Of a stretch of DNA of 56,503 nt, positions 10,103 to 20,057 are shown piece by piece. The position numbers were made by a program, and so were the translations under genes. Origin of the DNA: a virus. Lineage: Duplodnaviria > Caudoviricetes. The stretch spans positions 1-56,503 of IMG/VR virus record IMGVR_UViG_3300034180_000036; one strand, 5' to 3'. The notes beneath the pieces are model-generated. The model made no database searches. It was given only the letters and a program-made list of their open reading frames with translations, and had not been told where the DNA came from. Positions within the stretch are counted from its first letter, which is position 1. Every line of letters begins with the position of its first letter.

Positions 10103-10851
10103 AGCACCGTGCTGGTACGCGACACGTTGAGCCGATCGAGCACGGTCTCGAACAGCGTCCGTTGCGCGGTCACCTTCTTCGACGTGGCGCCGGCGAAGAC
10201 GTGCGAACTCGGAGCGATCACCTCACTTCGGATCGCCTCAAGCGAAGGGAGCTTCACGATTGACCCTGCCGCGATCGGGAAGGTGAGGGCGGGTTGCCGA
10301 CGCGCGAGCACCACGCCAAGCTCGGCGCGTCCATACTCGGTCGCTGCGAGGAGCTCGAGGTAGTCGCCAGCGGCGGCCGGATGGTAGCGGGTCTCGGGCG
10401 GGTCCCCGGTCTCGAGGTTGTAAGACGTGTATTGTCGAAGCGAGACGGTGAATGCGGCGCCGCGCACCCCGCCGTCCCATTTCGGCGGGTCATACACGAT
10501 GTCCGTGACGCCCGAGATCACCGATTCTTGGCTGATCTCGCCGTTGCCGATCCAGAACAGCACACGCGGGGGACGGCCGAGGCCAGGCGTCACGCGCACC
10601 CACTCGATCAGGCGGTCGAGCTTCTCTCGAACGTCTTGGAAGCCGTGCCACGCGAAGACGCGCGCTGAGAAGCTGATCGTGTCGCTGTTGCCGTGAAGGA
10701 ACTGAAGGATCGGCTCTTGTCGGCCGACGGCGAAGGCTTCGCTGTATTCGGCCGTGACGTTTCTCGTCACGCCCTGCGCTTCGAAGTCGCCCTCGATCTC
10801 GTCTCCGCTATCGAGGTTCGCGATGTGCCAGTTGCGATCGAAGAGGCTCAC
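10099..10851 (-). CDS. Tail tube initiator (gpU/CIS-tube-like) with C-terminal LysM-like gpX domain
   Basis: PILQFLHGNSDTISF, GRPPRVLFWIG, then GDYLELLAATEYG...GSIVKLPS; follows the tape measure gene. Confidence 0.75.
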   Translation of the reverse strand: MSLFDRNWHIANLDSGDEIEGDFEAQGVTRNVTAEYSEAFAVGRQEPILQFLHGNSDTISFSARVFAWHGFQDVREKLDRLIEWVRVTPGLGRPPRVLFWIGNGEISQESVISGVTDIVYDPPKWDGGVRGAAFTVSLRQYTSYNLETGDPPETRYHPAAAGDYLELLAATEYGRAELGVVLARRQPALTFPIAAGSIVKLPSLEAIRSEVIAPSSHVFAGATSKKVTAQRTLFETVLDRLNVSRTSTVL

Positions 10852-10855
10852 CGGA

Positions 10856-13324
10856 TCACCTCACCACCGCGCCGTGCTCGAGCGCAAGCCGACGCTGCCA
10901 TGGCGTCGCCTTGAAGCCTGCACGGTCCGTGACCTCGGTCTGGTTCTCGGCGACAGCGAACGCGATCTCACGACCGTCGACGGTCAGGGCCGACTTCACG
11001 TTGATCGTGCGCTTGTCCTCGACCACGACGTCGGCCGAAAGTTCGGGCGGGGCCGCCGCTTCCGCTGCCGTGTTGGTGTTCGTCTGCACTGCCCGCGCGC
11101 CGGCGGCGCCGGGCTCGTCCTTCGGCTCGATCCGAATGGGCTCGAAGCCCGACTCGGCAAACTTCCGAAGCGCGTCCGGGATCGGGATGTTCACGGCGTC
11201 GGCGAGCGTGATCGCGGCGAGAACGATCGACCGGAGCGGCGCGAGAAGCGAATCGAGGAGCGCCGAGCCGATCTTCTTCAGGCCGGACAAGATGTTGCCG
11301 TTGAAGAGGTCGGCGAGACCGTCTCGCGTCTTCTGCACGATCGCGATCACCCGCAGGAACGGGTTGACCATGTTCGCATAGACCGCCTTGTAGATGCGCA
11401 GCGCGGTCGTCACGGCGAAGATCCCGACCCTGATCACCCATGCCGCCAACGTCGCGACCGCCGAGATCACGGCCGCAAGCGCCGAACCAATCGTTCGCCC
11501 GACCTCGAGCCAATCCGTCTTCCCGCTCATCGCGGTGAGGCCCATCAGCCGACCGATCTCCGTGAAGCCGAAGAGGAAGCTCTCGACGACGTTGAAGAAG
11601 GATGCCTTGAGGTCGTCGAAGACAGGCGCGAAGCCTTGCGCGATCCCTTGGATCAGCGGCCACAGACCGGTCGTCCAGATCTGTTTGAGCCACGCGATCG
11701 CGACGCCGCCCAGGCGCACGAAGGCCTGCGTCAGCGATTCGTTCTCGCGCTTGAAGTAGGCGACGAGCCCCGTGACGATGAGGAGCGCGGCCCCGACCGG
11801 GCCGACGAGCACGCTCGCGACGGCACTCAGCACCGCCCACAGGCCGCTCACCAGCGGGACCACCACGGTCGAGATCACCAGACCGATCGCGGCGAGCGCG
11901 CCGACCACAGGGGCGGCAGCGCCGGCCACAACGAAGAAGATCGTCGCAAGTCGAGAGATCCGTTCGATCCCGTCGGGCCCGAGGAAGGCCTTCACGCGCT
12001 TGCGAATCGACGAGAAGCGATCGCCGAGCCGCTCGACGGCGCCGACGATCCAGTCGATCCCGGCTGACACGCCCTTCGCGATCGACTTTGCGGTCGTGCC
12101 GAGCTTGGCGAACTGCGCACGAGCTTCCTTCCCCGCCTTCGTGCTCGAGTCGAGGAGCCCCGATCGAAGAAGCTGAATCGCCTGCGCGACTTCGCCGATC
12201 CCGGTCGCCCCTGCCGTGATGAACTTCCGAACCGCTCCGAGGATCGGCCCGAAGAGCTCGATCGCGAGACCCTCGGCCGCGCTCTTCAGAATCGTCATCT
12301 GACCGATGAACGAGTCGAGGCGCGTCTTCGCCATGCGATCGGCCGCGCCCTTCGCTTCCTCGAGCTCTTTGATCAGCGCCGCGATCGCCGGCGGCCCTGC
12401 ATTCCGAAGCGCAGCGAAGGCCTTTTGCCCACGGACGCCGAAGAGCTCGGTCATCATCCGCGCTTGCTTGACCGGATCCTTGATCGTCCCGAGCGCCTTC
12501 GAGAACTGCTCGACGATCCGCGGAAGAGGGACCATCTCGCCCGACGTCGTCGAGAGCGCGATCCCGAAGTTCTGCATGAACTTCCCCGCCGCCTTGGACG
12601 GCTTCGCCAGCTTCACGAGCATGTTCGTGAAGCTCGTGCCGCCGATCGACCCCTGAAGGCCTGAGTCCGCGATCTTGCCGAGCGCGGCGGCGGTCGTCTC
12701 GAGGGAGAAGCCCATCGTGCGCGACTGCGCCGCCGCATACTGGAAGCCCGAGCCGAGCTGAGAGATGTTCGTGTTCGACCTCGCGCTCGTGAGCGCGAGA
12801 ACATCCGCGACGCGAGTCGCCTCCCCGAACGAGAGGCCCATCCCCTTGACGACCTGCGCGACGAAGTTGGTCGCGTCGGCGAGCGACATGCCGTCCGCCG
12901 CCGCCGCCGCCATGGTGCCATCGAGCGCGGAGATGATCTCGTCGGTGTTGGCGCCGGCCCGCGCGAGGAACTCCATCCCCTGACCGGCCTGCGAAGCGCT
13001 GAAGGCCGTCGTGGCCCCCATGAGCTTCGCTTTGTTCGTGAGCCTCGTCAGGTCTTCACCGGACGCACCGGTGATGGCCTGAACGGCCTTCATCTGATTT
13101 TCGAACGAGGCGGCTTGGCCGGCGCCCACCGCCATCGCGGCCGTGAGCGGAAGAAGCGCGAGGGACGCGCCGCCCACGGCCATGCCGATCGATCGAACGC
13201 CAGACGCGGCGCCCTTCGCGCTCTTCTGGAGGTTGCGGAAGAGGCCGGCGGAACGCTTCATCGCGGAGTCGGCCGCCGCGCTGTTGAACGTCAGGGTCCC
13301 GCCAAGGCCAATCCGCTGGAACAT
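10856..13324 (-). CDS. Phage tail tape measure protein (TP901 family core)
   Basis: FENQMKAVQAITGA, AKLMGATTAFSASQAGQGMEFLARAG, ADVLA.TS..SNT.I.QLG, GLQGSIGGT; hydrophobic central segment. Confidence 0.95.
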   Translation of the reverse strand: MFQRIGLGGTLTFNSAAADSAMKRSAGLFRNLQKSAKGAASGVRSIGMAVGGASLALLPLTAAMAVGAGQAASFENQMKAVQAITGASGEDLTRLTNKAKLMGATTAFSASQAGQGMEFLARAGANTDEIISALDGTMAAAAADGMSLADATNFVAQVVKGMGLSFGEATRVADVLALTSARSNTNISQLGSGFQYAAAQSRTMGFSLETTAAALGKIADSGLQGSIGGTSFTNMLVKLAKPSKAAGKFMQNFGIALSTTSGEMVPLPRIVEQFSKALGTIKDPVKQARMMTELFGVRGQKAFAALRNAGPPAIAALIKELEEAKGAADRMAKTRLDSFIGQMTILKSAAEGLAIELFGPILGAVRKFITAGATGIGEVAQAIQLLRSGLLDSSTKAGKEARAQFAKLGTTAKSIAKGVSAGIDWIVGAVERLGDRFSSIRKRVKAFLGPDGIERISRLATIFFVVAGAAAPVVGALAAIGLVISTVVVPLVSGLWAVLSAVASVLVGPVGAALLIVTGLVAYFKRENESLTQAFVRLGGVAIAWLKQIWTTGLWPLIQGIAQGFAPVFDDLKASFFNVVESFLFGFTEIGRLMGLTAMSGKTDWLEVGRTIGSALAAVISAVATLAAWVIRVGIFAVTTALRIYKAVYANMVNPFLRVIAIVQKTRDGLADLFNGNILSGLKKIGSALLDSLLAPLRSIVLAAITLADAVNIPIPDALRKFAESGFEPIRIEPKDEPGAAGARAVQTNTNTAAEAAAPPELSADVVVEDKRTINVKSALTVDGREIAFAVAENQTEVTDRAGFKATPWQRRLALEHGAVVR

Positions 13325-13328
13325 CTCG

Positions 13329-13529
13329 TCACCTCTTGCCGGCCCGACCTCGCTTGAAGGCCGCAGCTTCGTCGCGCTTCTGTCGCTCGAGCCGCTTCAC
13401 CAGCCACGCGCGATCGTCGGCGTCGAGTCCATCGTACGGGAACGCGACGCCGGGCGTGAGGTAGACGATCGCGAACATCTCTTCCCTCAGATCGTCCAGC
13501 CGCCTTACCGGGAAGAAGTGCCGAAAAAA
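13329..13529 (-). CDS. Tail assembly chaperone -1 frameshift extension (gpGT-like second frame)
   Basis: Open -1 frame from the slippery T TTT TTC (13529-13523) to the stop at 13329, directly before the tape measure gene; ...REEMFAIVY...DRAWLVKRL. Confidence 0.7.
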   Translation of the reverse strand, partial: FFRHFFPVRRLDDLREEMFAIVYLTPGVAFPYDGLDADDRAWLVKRLERQKRDEAAAFKRGRAGKR

Positions 13530-14407
13530 CCGTCGTACCCCCAATCGAGGGGGAAGCGGTTCTCGTGTTCGCACTTCGCGCAGTCATGCTCGATCGACAT
13601 GTCGGGGCCCGGCTGATGCGAATCGATCTCCGACGCGATCGCTTCGATGTCGCGCTTCGCCATGGGGGCGAGATCTGCCTCGCTCGGCTTCACCTCGAGC
13701 TCGGTCCCGTCTTCCGTGATGACCGCTCGAACGGAATCGCGGATGAACGACATCTTCGCGCCCGCGACCACGCCGGCCGACGTCACATCCACGCCCATCA
13801 GCGACGACCACCGCATCGGCCCGAAGCCGAACGCCACGGCCTTCTTTCCCGCGACCTCGAGCGGCTTCTCGAGGGTGTACCGCCAGATCAGCGGCTCGAG
13901 TGAATCGGCGATCCGCACCTCGGCGCTCTCGAGATCGACGGGGAGCTCGTACGACGTTTTGCAATTCACGCAACGGAACCGCATGCGCAGCGTCGGCCCG
14001 ATCGCGTGGATGCGAAGCATCAGATACGCGAAGTAGACGTCGCCCATGAGCATCGACGCGATGCGCGTCTGTCGCTCCGTGAAGGCGGCGCTCTTCCCCT
14101 TCCCCTTCGACAGCGCGACGAAGTCGTAAGGCCCGAGAACGCTGACCGTCTCGGCGAGCACCACCGACACGAAGGTCGGCAGGTCCGCCGTCTGCATCTT
14201 GTCGCGGCGTTTCGAGAGCCGCTTCTCGGTCTCGAAGGTCCAGTCTTCGAAGGCGATTCGACGGCTGATCTCGCCGGTCGCATCGTCACGAATGCCGAAG
14301 GGAAGGCGCGGGCCGAGCTCGCGAATGAGCTTGGTCTCGAGCACGGGGGCGGCGACGACATCCTCGTCGTCATCTTGGGTGGCGAAGGGATCGAAGTCGA
14401 TTCGCAC
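13505..14407 (-). CDS. Tail assembly chaperone / hub-assembly-like protein with two CxxC motifs (300 aa)
   Basis: Lies between tube and tape measure genes; GD.YF.YLMLRI..IG, CVNC, PGPDMSIEHDCAKCEHE, FFG end. Confidence 0.75.
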   Translation of the reverse strand: MRIDFDPFATQDDDEDVVAAPVLETKLIRELGPRLPFGIRDDATGEISRRIAFEDWTFETEKRLSKRRDKMQTADLPTFVSVVLAETVSVLGPYDFVALSKGKGKSAAFTERQTRIASMLMGDVYFAYLMLRIHAIGPTLRMRFRCVNCKTSYELPVDLESAEVRIADSLEPLIWRYTLEKPLEVAGKKAVAFGFGPMRWSSLMGVDVTSAGVVAGAKMSFIRDSVRAVITEDGTELEVKPSEADLAPMAKRDIEAIASEIDSHQPGPDMSIEHDCAKCEHENRFPLDWGYDGFFGTSSR

Positions 14408-14462
14408 GGGTCACCTCCAACCGGCCGAACCTTGATAGGTCGAGCCGTGCGGGTTTGGGGGG

Positions 14463-14906
14463 CTAGAGACCGATCGGAAGCACCTGAGAGCACGCCATGC
14501 CCCAGGTGACGACCGAGAGCTCGCCCTCGTTGTCCATCTCGAAGTCGGGCAGGGCCCGACGGCGGGGGAAGAGCCCCACCAACGTGTAGGAGCGCTCGCG
14601 CGACTGGCTCAGCGAGGGCAGGACCAGCATGCCGACCTTGCGGTAGGTCGGCGGGGCCGGATCCTGCGACTCGCGGAACCACGCCTCCATCGCGAGGTAC
14701 TCCGCCGTGTGGTGGAGCGGCTGCATGATGTCGAACTCGACGGGCCCCGTCCGGCCGCCCGAAGCGATCGTGCGGTCGGGAAGGTTCGTCACGTCGAGCT
14801 CTTCCTCGAGCCCGCTGACGCCCGTCAGGACGAGATCGGGAAGTCCGACGATCACGAGCCGGAAGCTGTTGAGCGGAATGTGATCCGCCTGAAGGACGCC
14901 TTTCAC
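14463..14906 (-). CDS. Tail tube protein (T4 gp19-like, 147 aa)
   Basis: GTG start at 14906 after GGAG; FRLVIVG...VSGLEEE, AWF..SQDP...YRKVG.L, LFP...LPDFEM. Confidence 0.85.
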   Translation of the reverse strand: MKGVLQADHIPLNSFRLVIVGLPDLVLTGVSGLEEELDVTNLPDRTIASGGRTGPVEFDIMQPLHHTAEYLAMEAWFRESQDPAPPTYRKVGMLVLPSLSQSRERSYTLVGLFPRRRALPDFEMDNEGELSVVTWGMACSQVLPIGL

Positions 14907-14917
14907 TTCATCGCTCC

Positions 14918-15274
14918 TTACTGCCGCGTCGCGGGGCTGACCGGGAGCACGAACCAGCGCACGACGGTGTTCGCCGTGGCCGCCGCGTCGCCGACGATCG
15001 TCAGGCGGCCTTGCGTGGCCGCCGCCCAGAACACGCGCGTGATGTACGTGAGCGTGCCGTCCGCGGTCGCCTGCTCGATGACCGCCCACGCGGGCGAGCC
15101 GTGAAGAGCCGCGTCGAGGTCGACGTTCACGGACGCCGCCGCGGCGAGGATCGTGGCCTGCCCCGATTGGACGTTGAGGAGCTCGGCGAACCGATCGGCC
15201 ACCCGCCGGAAGTGCGGATGATCGATCGAGATGCCGAGGCCCTCGAGCTGATCTCGGTTGAACGGAAGAGTCAT
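14918..15274 (-). CDS. Hypothetical virion protein (118 aa)
   Basis: ORF filling the gap between sheath and tube genes, with typical codon usage. Confidence 0.6.
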   Translation of the reverse strand: MTLPFNRDQLEGLGISIDHPHFRRVADRFAELLNVQSGQATILAAAASVNVDLDAALHGSPAWAVIEQATADGTLTYITRVFWAAATQGRLTIVGDAAATANTVVRWFVLPVSPATRQ

Positions 15275-15325
15275 CGCGAAGAACCCCTTTCGAGCCCCCT
15301 TCGGGCCCTGGTCAAGTGCGCCCTA

Positions 15326-17632
15326 TCAGGCCGCGGAATCGAACACGCCTTGCTTCGACATGCGGATCTTCAGCCGCTCGACGACGTCGGTGATCTTCAC
15401 CTTCACGTCGACGACCGCGTCGCCCGCGGCGCGCACGGCCGCCGGGTTGTTCGCGAGATCCGACTGAATGATCGCCGCGTCCTCGAACGCGAGGTTGTTG
15501 TCGAGCGCGCGTCGACGATACGCCCCGAGGAAGAACTCCTTGAGCGCGCCGACGACCTGCGCGCGGGTCTGCGGATCGTTGAAGCCGAAGATCACCCAAT
15601 CGAGGTTCTCGGAGAGCGTTTGCTCCCAATAGCTCATGACCTCGCGCGCGTGCGCGAAGCGCCACTCGGAGTTGACGGCGAGCATCCGGTCGCCCCACAG
15701 GATGAAGTTGCCTCGCCGTTTGCGGATCACGTTGATCCCGCGCGGGTTGAGGAACTCTTCGTTGAGCACCGTGTCGCCCGTCGCGAGTCGCGTGATGCCC
15801 GGAAGCGTGGCGTCGATCCCGGCCTCGGCCTTCGCGTAGGTCTCGTAATCGGCGGCGATCCGCGCCTCGCGACCGTGGATCTTGCCCGTCAGCGGGACGA
15901 GCTTCTCGGCGCCTTCGCCGTCGGGATCGACGATGTAGCCGAACGACGGGAAGCTCACCTTCGCGTAGTCGCTTCGGCCGAGCGTGTTGTCGAGGTACGT
16001 CGCCGCTGCGTCCGCGGTCACGGTGGCGGCCGGCACCTCGTAACGGAACTGGTGATTCCGCGCCGCGGCGTAGGCGCGCCCCGCTTGCTGCACCGCCGTC
16101 GCCGTCTGGCCGGGCGAGGCGAACTTGACGAGGCCGTAGCCCCCGAGAAGCGGAAGCTGATCGAACGGGCTCGACCCGACCGTGAAGGCCTGGTTCACGA
16201 AGTCCGCATCGACGAGATCCGCGATCCCGTCACGCCCGCCCGCGAGCTGATCGCGGTACTGCGCGCGCCACTGATCCGCGATCGCGGCGACGGCGGTCAT
16301 GTCCGACCCGGCCGCGACGGTGATCGCCGAGTGCGTGTTCGCGACGATGCGGAACGACGTCGTCGGGAAGTTGACGATGTCGGGGAAGAGCAGCCCGTCG
16401 ACGAGATCGCCGGCGCGAAGCCCCTTGTAGACGAGGCGCAGCACGTTGCCCGTCGCCAGGATGGTCGCACCGTTCGTGATCGTGAACGGCGGCGCGCGGT
16501 TGTTCGCCGGCGTGAAGAGCGTCGCTTCCGTTCCGGACCCGAGAGCCCCGAAGACGTCCGACACGACATCGAACGCGCTCGCGCTCGTCATCGTGATCGT
16601 GAGCACCTGAGCGACCATGAGATCGGTCGTCGTGCCGAGCGTGTGCGTCGGGTTCGCGCCCGTCGGGCTCGTCACGACCGTGAACTCGGAGAGGACCGGC
16701 GTCAGCACCGTCGCGGTGACGGTGCCGATCTCGCCGACCTGGTTCGCGGGGCGAGCGGTCGCGTCGCGCGTGCCCGTGAACGTGTCGGCGGCCGTCACGT
16801 AGAAGTTGCCGCCGTCGTTGTTGATGAGCGGCGCCCAATAGCGCGCCGAGTTCGTGTCCACGGAGAGGTTCGGCCACGCCTTCACGAGGTCGCCGTCGAG
16901 GTACACGTAGACGCCGAACTCGCTGGTCGGGTTCTCGGCGCCGTCTCGGATCTCGACGCTCAGTGCGCGCTCGTTGCCGCGCTCGTCCACGTTCGCACGC
17001 TCGAGGTAGTACCCGAAGTTGGTCGGCGCCGCCGCGGCCGTCCACGCCGCGAGGATGTCCGCGTCCGCGACGACGGTGATGATGCCCGCGGCCGTGTTGC
17101 CGACGATCTCCCACGACTGGTTCGTGACCGCGTCGAGGTAGAGCGTCCCGCCCGCCCACTCGTCCGTCGTGAACGTGGCGAGGCCGGTGTCGAGGGTGAT
17201 CGTGGTGAGGTCGCCGCCGGCCGTGAAGTTGCCCCAGAACGTTCGGCGGCGACCGCCCCACGTGCCGCCGTTCTGCGCGCTCAGCGTTCCGAGCTGCGTG
17301 CGCGCCGCGGCGTTGCGGTTGTAGAGGGGGATCGACGCGGCGAGCTCGTTGCCGTCGGTGACGCGCACCGCGAGGACCCCACCGGCGCCGGCGGCGATCT
17401 CGAAGTAGTGCTCGATCACGTCGGGAAGCGTGGAGGCCGCGATCCGACCGCCGATCTTCAGCGTCTTGTCGTCGCGGCTCGTGAGGATGATCAGCTCGCC
17501 GATCGGCCCTCGGTCCAGCACGCCCGCGTACGCGACCCAGCCGAGAGCGCCGGGAACGATGGGGTTGCCGTTGCTCTGTTCCTCGATGCGCGTTCCCGCG
17601 CCTTGGGTCGGACCGAAGCTCCTCGTCGCCAT
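15326..17632 (-). CDS. Contractile tail sheath protein (768 aa)
   Basis: G.LDRGPIGE, LAVRVTDG, LSAQNGGTWG, LAGGRDG, LNPRGINVIR...ILWGDRML, WVIFGFNDP. Confidence 0.95.
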   Translation of the reverse strand: MATRSFGPTQGAGTRIEEQSNGNPIVPGALGWVAYAGVLDRGPIGELIILTSRDDKTLKIGGRIAASTLPDVIEHYFEIAAGAGGVLAVRVTDGNELAASIPLYNRNAAARTQLGTLSAQNGGTWGGRRRTFWGNFTAGGDLTTITLDTGLATFTTDEWAGGTLYLDAVTNQSWEIVGNTAAGIITVVADADILAAWTAAAAPTNFGYYLERANVDERGNERALSVEIRDGAENPTSEFGVYVYLDGDLVKAWPNLSVDTNSARYWAPLINNDGGNFYVTAADTFTGTRDATARPANQVGEIGTVTATVLTPVLSEFTVVTSPTGANPTHTLGTTTDLMVAQVLTITMTSASAFDVVSDVFGALGSGTEATLFTPANNRAPPFTITNGATILATGNVLRLVYKGLRAGDLVDGLLFPDIVNFPTTSFRIVANTHSAITVAAGSDMTAVAAIADQWRAQYRDQLAGGRDGIADLVDADFVNQAFTVGSSPFDQLPLLGGYGLVKFASPGQTATAVQQAGRAYAAARNHQFRYEVPAATVTADAAATYLDNTLGRSDYAKVSFPSFGYIVDPDGEGAEKLVPLTGKIHGREARIAADYETYAKAEAGIDATLPGITRLATGDTVLNEEFLNPRGINVIRKRRGNFILWGDRMLAVNSEWRFAHAREVMSYWEQTLSENLDWVIFGFNDPQTRAQVVGALKEFFLGAYRRRALDNNLAFEDAAIIQSDLANNPAAVRAAGDAVVDVKVKITDVVERLKIRMSKQGVFDSAA

Positions 17633-17650
17633 TTTCTTCCTCTTGGTCGG

Positions 17651-18982
17651 CTATGTGCCGACGATGTCAAAGGGATTCTGTTCACCGTCGACCCTCAACC
17701 GGAGGCGAGAGACACCGACCTCATCGGAGGCCGAACGCACGAAGCGGACGACGGAGTAGACCACGAAGGCCCCGTCGCTCTCGAGGATGCCCTCGAGCCC
17801 CGGATCGCGTGCGGATGAGAACTCGTCCACGAGCTGCACTGTATAGCTTCGATCGAGGCCCGCGGAGCGGATCAGCGCGTTCTCGTCGAAGAAGCAACAA
17901 ATTTCGTCACTAAGACGAGCACGATCTTGCGTTCTTTCTGCCTCGATTCGAAACCCGAACCTGATGTCGCCCTGACGCGGCGAGGGAAGCCGAACGGCCG
18001 TCCCTGTCGCGCGATCGACGATCAGATCGGCGCCCTGAACCTTCTGCGTCTCGCCCTCGTGCGTGATCGTCGTGATGATGACCGCGGGGATGTACGCCGG
18101 TTTGATGTCGTCGCGATGGCGATCGACCGCGACCTCGGGGCGATAGACGAAGTGGATCTCGAGGTCGCCAGGCGCCGTGACCGGCCCGGTCAGCGTCACG
18201 GTGCCCGACGTCGTCGACGTCGCGGTGAAAGCGCTTGCGAGGTTCGCGAGACGATTCGGATCTGTCGCGAGATCGAAGACAGCTTCGATCCCGATCACGT
18301 CATACCCGCCTTCGATCGTGGCGGCGCCTGTGGGGACCGTCGAATCGTGCGTCACGCGCCAGTGAAGTGCGAAGCTCGAGGCCGTGGCTGCGAGCTGGTG
18401 CTTCGCGCGCGCGACCGGCGCCAGACCGGCGCGAAGAGCCCGAATGACGGTGCGGTACACGACGTCTTCTTCCCATGCGACGTCAGAGCGCCAGAGGAGC
18501 TTGATCCCGTGGAGCTCGGGCGCGACGCGGCCGTCGGTCGTCTGGAGGTTCACGACGATCCGAAGCGCGCGCGCGGTGAACGGAAACGTCGCGAGGTTCG
18601 CGTTGATCTCGGCCTCCGTGTTCCACTCGGCCGGCGCGGCAGCCACCGCCCATGCTGCGCCGTCCCACCACCACGCCGAAGCGCCATCGTTCACGCGAAA
18701 GCGAGCCGCCGTCACGAGCGCGTTGGTGCGCGGGGCGCGCTTGTGAACGATGTCCGATTCGATCATGAGCCAGCCGCGGCAGGTCGTCGGGGTGAAGAGA
18801 CGCGTCGCGACCTGTGCTTCGTCGACGCCGTCAGCAACGGTCGGGAAGAGCCCCGTGACTGGATCGGCGACGAGCGACACGAACGAGCCGACCGTGTCGA
18901 GCTCGGTGTTCGCGTCGGTGACGGTCGCTTCGAAGTCGCCCTCGCGAAAGGTGAAGCGTTCGATGAGTCGATTCGTCGGCAT
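17651..18982 (-). CDS. Putative tail terminator/completion protein with an extra N-terminal domain (443 aa)
   Basis: Position immediately before the sheath gene; C-terminal PAVIIT...DI.F.F.I pattern; function inferred mainly from synteny. Confidence 0.5.
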   Translation of the reverse strand: MPTNRLIERFTFREGDFEATVTDANTELDTVGSFVSLVADPVTGLFPTVADGVDEAQVATRLFTPTTCRGWLMIESDIVHKRAPRTNALVTAARFRVNDGASAWWWDGAAWAVAAAPAEWNTEAEINANLATFPFTARALRIVVNLQTTDGRVAPELHGIKLLWRSDVAWEEDVVYRTVIRALRAGLAPVARAKHQLAATASSFALHWRVTHDSTVPTGAATIEGGYDVIGIEAVFDLATDPNRLANLASAFTATSTTSGTVTLTGPVTAPGDLEIHFVYRPEVAVDRHRDDIKPAYIPAVIITTITHEGETQKVQGADLIVDRATGTAVRLPSPRQGDIRFGFRIEAERTQDRARLSDEICCFFDENALIRSAGLDRSYTVQLVDEFSSARDPGLEGILESDGAFVVYSVVRFVRSASDEVGVSRLRLRVDGEQNPFDIVGT

Positions 18983-18983
18983 G

Positions 18984-19616
18984 CTACCCCCGCGCGGCGA
19001 TCTGTTGGAACGTGCGCGTGATCGCGTCTTCCCACAGCTTCTTCACCGTCGCTTTGAATTCGTTCGTGTCGAGCGGCTCGCGAATGAAGGGGCGCGCGGG
19101 GATCTCGATGAAGTCCGTCGCGTCGCTCAGAGGAAGCCATCCCGCCGAAGGACGTCGAGCCCAGAGCTCCGCAGCGCGCCCCTTCAGCTTGCCGGCGTCC
19201 ATCTTGCCTTCGCTCACCATCCACAGCGCGCGGAACATCGCACGCATGTTCTCGGTGACACGGATCCGCCCGCCTTCATGCAAGAGCTCAGCGATGTTGG
19301 CGGCCTCGTCGCGCTGAAGCACGCCGATGAAGACCGTGTGCCATGACGGCTGTTTGAAGGTGATCGCCTGCCACAGGTCGCTTCGGTCGATCAGCGGCTT
19401 CGTCGAGCCTTTGATGAACACCGTCAGAGGTTTGTTCTGCGCGAGCTTCCCCTCTTTGATGGTCTTTCGGACGAGCTTCTTCCCGAACGAGCCGATCTTC
19501 GCGTTCGCCGCGGACACGTTCGAACGAAGCTGGCGCCGGAACTTCTCGGGGTCAGTCGCACGCGCGAAGCGCTTCCACCCGCGATCGAAATCGAGGCTGA
19601 TTCGAATCCCCGCCAT
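18984..19616 (-). CDS. Neck/virion morphogenesis protein (HK97 gp10-like)
   Basis: KGSTKPLIDRSDLWQAI, IAELLHEGG, IEIPARPFI motifs. Confidence 0.75.
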   Translation of the reverse strand: MAGIRISLDFDRGWKRFARATDPEKFRRQLRSNVSAANAKIGSFGKKLVRKTIKEGKLAQNKPLTVFIKGSTKPLIDRSDLWQAITFKQPSWHTVFIGVLQRDEAANIAELLHEGGRIRVTENMRAMFRALWMVSEGKMDAGKLKGRAAELWARRPSAGWLPLSDATDFIEIPARPFIREPLDTNEFKATVKKLWEDAITRTFQQIAARG

Positions 19617-19655
19617 GTCGCAGAGCGTAGCCGATCCGGGCCCGGTCGCGCGCCC

Positions 19656-20057
19656 CTACGTCGGAGCCTTGGCCGGCTCTCGGTCGTTGAAGTGCGCCTT
19701 GAGCAGCGTCGCGCCGCCCTGGTCGGGGTAGTGGCCGAGCGGCTCGAGACCGACGATCCACCACCGTCCGCGCTCGTGTCCGAGCCGCGTGAAGCGATCG
19801 TTGTCAGCGAGCGAGACGCCCAACGTCTCGAGGTCGGCGTAACGGAAGAGCGCGTAGCCGCTGGCCTCGAACTGGCGACCGCTGCGATCGACGAAGAGCT
19901 GACGAGACCGGAACCACTGCACCTGGCCCGAAAGTCGGACCGGCGTCACGTGCTCGACGCTGCCGATCGGCTCTTCGAGATCGGGATCGAACGTGGTCGT
20001 GCTCGTCGAGACCTGCTCGTAATCGATCGGCACGGGGTGGATCAGGTTCGGGCGCAT
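19656..20057 (-). CDS. Head-tail joining (stopper/adaptor) protein
   Basis: 133 aa; PNLIHPVPI, D.D..EPIG, L.GQV.W; synteny. Confidence 0.6.
   Translation of the reverse strand: MRPNLIHPVPIDYEQVSTSTTTFDPDLEEPIGSVEHVTPVRLSGQVQWFRSRQLFVDRSGRQFEASGYALFRYADLETLGVSLADNDRFTRLGHERGRWWIVGLEPLGHYPDQGGATLLKAHFNDREPAKAPT

Noticed and set aside
4646-17632. Extracellular contractile injection system or tailocin
   Set aside because: Sheath, tube and baseplate genes are contiguous with terminase, portal, protease and capsid genes, which indicates a phage.
15011-17818. Long plus-strand ORFs (e.g. 15011..17818, 28655..30847, 30696..32849, 46128..47873)
   Set aside because: Antisense shadows of real minus-strand genes in GC-rich DNA; Arg/Gly-rich with no recognisable motifs.
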